Below are positions 7,387 through 10,789 of a DNA stretch of 10,789 bases, piece by piece (the first letter of the stretch is position 1; each line of letters begins with the position of its first letter). The DNA is from Campylobacterota bacterium. Its GTDB lineage: Bacteria; Campylobacterota; Campylobacteria; Campylobacterales; Sulfurovaceae. The notes below the pieces were generated by a model. It was not told the origin of the DNA. It ran no database searches and saw only the letters and a program-made list of their open reading frames with translations. The DNA lies in contig JAYEOM010000098.1 in the NCBI GenBank assembly GCA_034722955.1, positions 1-10,789 on the forward strand, written 5' to 3'. The position numbers were made by a program, and so were the translations under genes.

Positions 7387-7421
7387 CTGTAATCAAATCG
7401 TTATCGTCTTGTAACTATAAT
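7387..7421 (+). promoter_or_regulatory. Pho-box-like 11-bp-period direct repeats plus -10 TATAAT upstream of phoX
   Basis: CTGTAAT (7387), TCGTTAT (7398) and TTGTAAC (7409) are spaced exactly 11 bp apart. TATAAT is at 7416-7421. Confidence 0.55.
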
Positions 7422-7471
7422 ATATTAAATTTCATATCTGATAAGAAAAATTAATGTACAGAGTTAAATAA

Positions 7472-9304
7472 ATGAATAAAAAAATGTTAGCAATATCTGC
7501 TATAGCCGCAACTATGATAATTGGATGTACATCAACATCTCCTGAGTCAAAAAAAGTTTTAAAACAACAAGCACATACTATAAAGTTCAGTGAAGTAAAA
7601 GTTCCTACAACTGATGCTCTAAAAAGAATAATACAGGCTTCTAGTTTTGTAGAGATTGATGGAGTAAAAACAAAAACAAGATTTAGAACTATTGCTAAAA
7701 GTGGTAATATATTTGAGAATAGTGTATTTGGTTTAATTTATGATAAAAATGGCAATCCAATTGTTGCAAAAGATGGTTCAGTTAAAATATCTCATGATAA
7801 TGATTTTTCATCTCTACTTCCTGTAGGAGATAAACTGTTTATGGTTTCTCACTTTGAAACCGCACCTGCTGCTATGTATTTAAGTGAACTGTCTCAAAAT
7901 AAAACAACAGGTGAACTAAAAGTAAAATCTACAAAAAATATTGATTTTTCTAAATTTAATGGTCTTTGGGTACCTTGTGCAGGTAGTGTAACACCTTGGA
8001 ATTCACATCTAGGAAGTGAAGAGTATGAGCCAGATGCTAATGCAGTTGCTAGTGATGGGACTCTTGATGGGAATGAACACTATAATAATATGGGTGCATA
8101 TTTTGGTGGAGATATGAAAGCTATGAACCCTTATGATTATGGTTGGACTCCTGAAGTTACTGTATTAAATGAGAATGGTGATATTAAAGTAGATAAACAT
8201 TACTCTATGGGTAGATTTGCACATGAGTTAGCGTATGTTATGCCAGATGAAAGAACTGTATATCTAAGTGATGATGGTACAAATGTTGCTCTGTTTATGT
8301 TTGTTGCTGATAAAAAAAAGGATTTAAGTAGTGGTATACTATATGCTGCTAAATGGGAACAAAGAGGTAAAAAAAGAGGTGGAAGAGCTGATATATCGTG
8401 GGTAAGTTTAGGGTACTCAAACAATGCTAATATTAAAGATGCTTTAGATAAAAAAGTATCATTTGATGATATATTTAAAAAGATGTCAGTTAGAAAAGAT
8501 GGAACTTGTGCGATTAAATCATTTACTTCTATAAATACTACAAATGGTGCTGAGTGTTTAAAAGTTAAAACTGGTATGGATGAGATCGCTTCAAGACTTG
8601 AAAGTAGAAGATATGCAGCTATTAAAGGTGCTACAACTGAGTTTAGAAAGATGGAAGGTATTACACATGACCCTAAAAACAATATACTTTATTTAGCTAT
8701 GAGTAGTATTGGAAAAGGGATGGAAAATAATAAGAAAAAAGGTAAGCCAAACAATAAATATGATGTAGGTGGAAATAACGATATACAGTTACCATACAAT
8801 AAATGTGGAGTTGTATATGGTATGAATATGCTATCTTTTAGCAGAGCTCACGATACAAATAAAGATAAAATAGACTCTAAATATGTAGCAAACTCTATCT
8901 ATGGAGTTATAAGTGGTACACCTGATAAGAGTGTAAAAGGAAATAAATGTTCAGTAAATGGTATCGCAAATCCAGACAATATAGCTTTTATACCAAATAC
9001 CAATACACTAATCATAGGTGAAGATACAAAAAGTGGTCATCAAAATGATTATATCTGGTCATATAACTTAGGTGATAAAAAACTTACTCGAATCCAAACT
9101 ACACCTTATGGCAGTGAAACAACATCTCTATATTTTTATAATAATATTGGTGGTTTTGGTTATTTAATGAGCGTTGTTCAACACCCTTATGGAGAATCTG
9201 ATGCATTACATAAAAGTAAAGATATGGCTAAAAAAGTTAGAAATAGTTATGATGTAAAAGCTTATACTGGATATATCGGACCATTGCCAGTTATAAATAA
9301 ATAA
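7472..9304 (+). CDS. phoX: PhoX-family (DUF839) alkaline phosphatase, predicted lipoprotein
   Basis: PCAGSVTPWNSHLGSEE, MGRFAHE, YLSDD, KMEG, NPDN, IGED, SETT and QHP motifs. Lipobox-like signal MNKKMLAISAIAATMIIG/C. Confidence 0.9.
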   Translation: MNKKMLAISAIAATMIIGCTSTSPESKKVLKQQAHTIKFSEVKVPTTDALKRIIQASSFVEIDGVKTKTRFRTIAKSGNIFENSVFGLIYDKNGNPIVAKDGSVKISHDNDFSSLLPVGDKLFMVSHFETAPAAMYLSELSQNKTTGELKVKSTKNIDFSKFNGLWVPCAGSVTPWNSHLGSEEYEPDANAVASDGTLDGNEHYNNMGAYFGGDMKAMNPYDYGWTPEVTVLNENGDIKVDKHYSMGRFAHELAYVMPDERTVYLSDDGTNVALFMFVADKKKDLSSGILYAAKWEQRGKKRGGRADISWVSLGYSNNANIKDALDKKVSFDDIFKKMSVRKDGTCAIKSFTSINTTNGAECLKVKTGMDEIASRLESRRYAAIKGATTEFRKMEGITHDPKNNILYLAMSSIGKGMENNKKKGKPNNKYDVGGNNDIQLPYNKCGVVYGMNMLSFSRAHDTNKDKIDSKYVANSIYGVISGTPDKSVKGNKCSVNGIANPDNIAFIPNTNTLIIGEDTKSGHQNDYIWSYNLGDKKLTRIQTTPYGSETTSLYFYNNIGGFGYLMSVVQHPYGESDALHKSKDMAKKVRNSYDVKAYTGYIGPLPVINK

Positions 9305-10789
9305 TGTTAAAAAAACTAATTACAGCAACAGCAGTTTTAAATACTGTTGTTGTAAATGCCAATGAAGTTGATCTAAAAAATACTACACTTTACAATCAAA
9401 CACCATATATAACATCTCAATGCTACACAAAAACTGTGGGTATTGATAATAAAAAGCATAATCCTTGCTACTCTTGTCACACTAAAAATATCGAACCAAA
9501 TTTTACTTTACAAGATGATGATTTACAAGAAAATTATGATTTTCCAGCATCTGCACTTAAAAATCACTGGACTAATTTATTTAAAGATAGAACAAAACAA
9601 GTAGAAGCAATTAGTGATAAAGAGATATTAAAGTATGTAAAAAATGATAATTATAAGAATTTAAACTCTAAACTTAACAACATTCCTAAAAGTTGGGATT
9701 ATAATAACAATGGAAAATGGGATGGATATATTCCAGACTGCCAGTACAATTTTGACAATGAAGGTTTTGATAGAGCATCAAACAATAAATATACAGGCTG
9801 GAGAGCATTTGCATACTATCCTTTTTTAGGTACTTTTTGGCCAACAAATGGGAGTACTGATGATGTACTTATAAGGCTTTCAAAAGATTTTCAACAAAAT
9901 ATAAAAGGTGAGTTTGATATAGATGTTTATAAATTAAATTTATCTATTATTGAATCTTTAATAAAACAACAAACTATAGGTATAAAACCTATAGATGAAG
10001 TAAAGTATGGTGTAGATTTAAACCAAAATGGCAAATTAGATATAGCAAATAAAATAGTTTTTAATTGGAAAACACCATCTTATGATATAAAAAACAGTAG
10101 ATTATTTAACTTTTCAATGAGCTATGTAGGATTAGCAAAAGAGAAACTAAATAGTGGAAAACTTCATATTGCTCCTGGACTATATCCTATAAATACAGAA
10201 TTTTTACATAGTGTAAGATACATTGATATAGATAAAAACAGTAATATAAAAATGGCAAAAAGAATGAAAGAGTTAAGATACGGTATAAAAACTAGTTGGT
10301 TAAATTATAGTGATTTAGAAGCTATAGGTATTGCAACTCTAAAAGAAAAAAATGATTTTCCAGATAGAACAGAGCAGCATATTGGAGATATAGAAGTAGG
10401 GATTAACAATAAAAAAGGGTGGTACTATCAAGGTTTTATTGAAGACAAAGATGGAGAGTTAAGACCACAAAGTTATGAAGAAACTCTGTATTGTATTGGG
10501 TGTCACTCTAATATTGGGGCTATTGTAGATTCAACTTTTGTATTTTCAAGAAAATTTGAAAAAGATACACATCAAAATGGCTGGTATCATTGGACTCAAA
10601 AAGGGTTGAAAGGTATTAAAGATAAAAAATTATCAAATGGTAAAACTGAATATATAAATTACCTAAAAGTAAATAATAGTGGTGATGAATTTAGAGAAAA
10701 CAGAGAGGTTTTAAATAAATTTTTTGATAAAAATTTAAACCTTAAAGAGAATGAAATCAAAAAAATAAAAGATGATATTTCACATCTTA
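9304..10789 (+). CDS. Secreted putative di-heme c-type protein of unknown function (at least 495 aa, 3'-truncated by the window edge)
   Basis: ATG 9304 overlaps the phoX stop (TAATG) and manual translation shows no stop to 10789. Sec-type N-terminus MLKKLITATAVLNTVVVNA. CYSCH at 9466-9480 and CIGCH at 10492-10506. Confidence 0.88.
   Translation, partial: MLKKLITATAVLNTVVVNANEVDLKNTTLYNQTPYITSQCYTKTVGIDNKKHNPCYSCHTKNIEPNFTLQDDDLQENYDFPASALKNHWTNLFKDRTKQVEAISDKEILKYVKNDNYKNLNSKLNNIPKSWDYNNNGKWDGYIPDCQYNFDNEGFDRASNNKYTGWRAFAYYPFLGTFWPTNGSTDDVLIRLSKDFQQNIKGEFDIDVYKLNLSIIESLIKQQTIGIKPIDEVKYGVDLNQNGKLDIANKIVFNWKTPSYDIKNSRLFNFSMSYVGLAKEKLNSGKLHIAPGLYPINTEFLHSVRYIDIDKNSNIKMAKRMKELRYGIKTSWLNYSDLEAIGIATLKEKNDFPDRTEQHIGDIEVGINNKKGWYYQGFIEDKDGELRPQSYEETLYCIGCHSNIGAIVDSTFVFSRKFEKDTHQNGWYHWTQKGLKGIKDKKLSNGKTEYINYLKVNNSGDEFRENREVLNKFFDKNLNLKENEIKKIKDDISHL

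Noticed and set aside
8200..8682. 160-aa minus-strand ORF
   Set aside because: Antisense shadow of phoX.

Overview
Every supported gene is on the + strand. The TGnTATAAT-type promoters and gene content suggest a Campylobacterota (Sulfurovum/Sulfurimonas-like) chromosome, which is an inference. Left to right: (1) the 3' part of a DUF5131 (phage Gp37/Gp68-like) gene followed by a decayed second copy of the same gene; (2) a Sel1-repeat protein, an unannotated 35-codon ORF, a SHOCT membrane protein and a lipoamide-dehydrogenase-like flavoprotein lacking both redox cysteines; (3) AmmeMemoRadiSam amrA-amrB with no adjacent amrS; (4) a probably leaderless, CcoP-fragment-like monoheme cytochrome c; (5) arsC, a DUF318/ArsP permease and a small thioredoxin; (6) an AT-rich block with a Pho-box-like promoter, a lipoprotein PhoX-family phosphatase and a translationally coupled gene of at least 495 codons. 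That last gene is absent from the ORF track, has two CxxCH motifs and two Ca-binding-like loops, and runs off the window. The PhoX plus di-heme partner module is the most interesting system. All calls come from motif recognition by eye; no searches were run.
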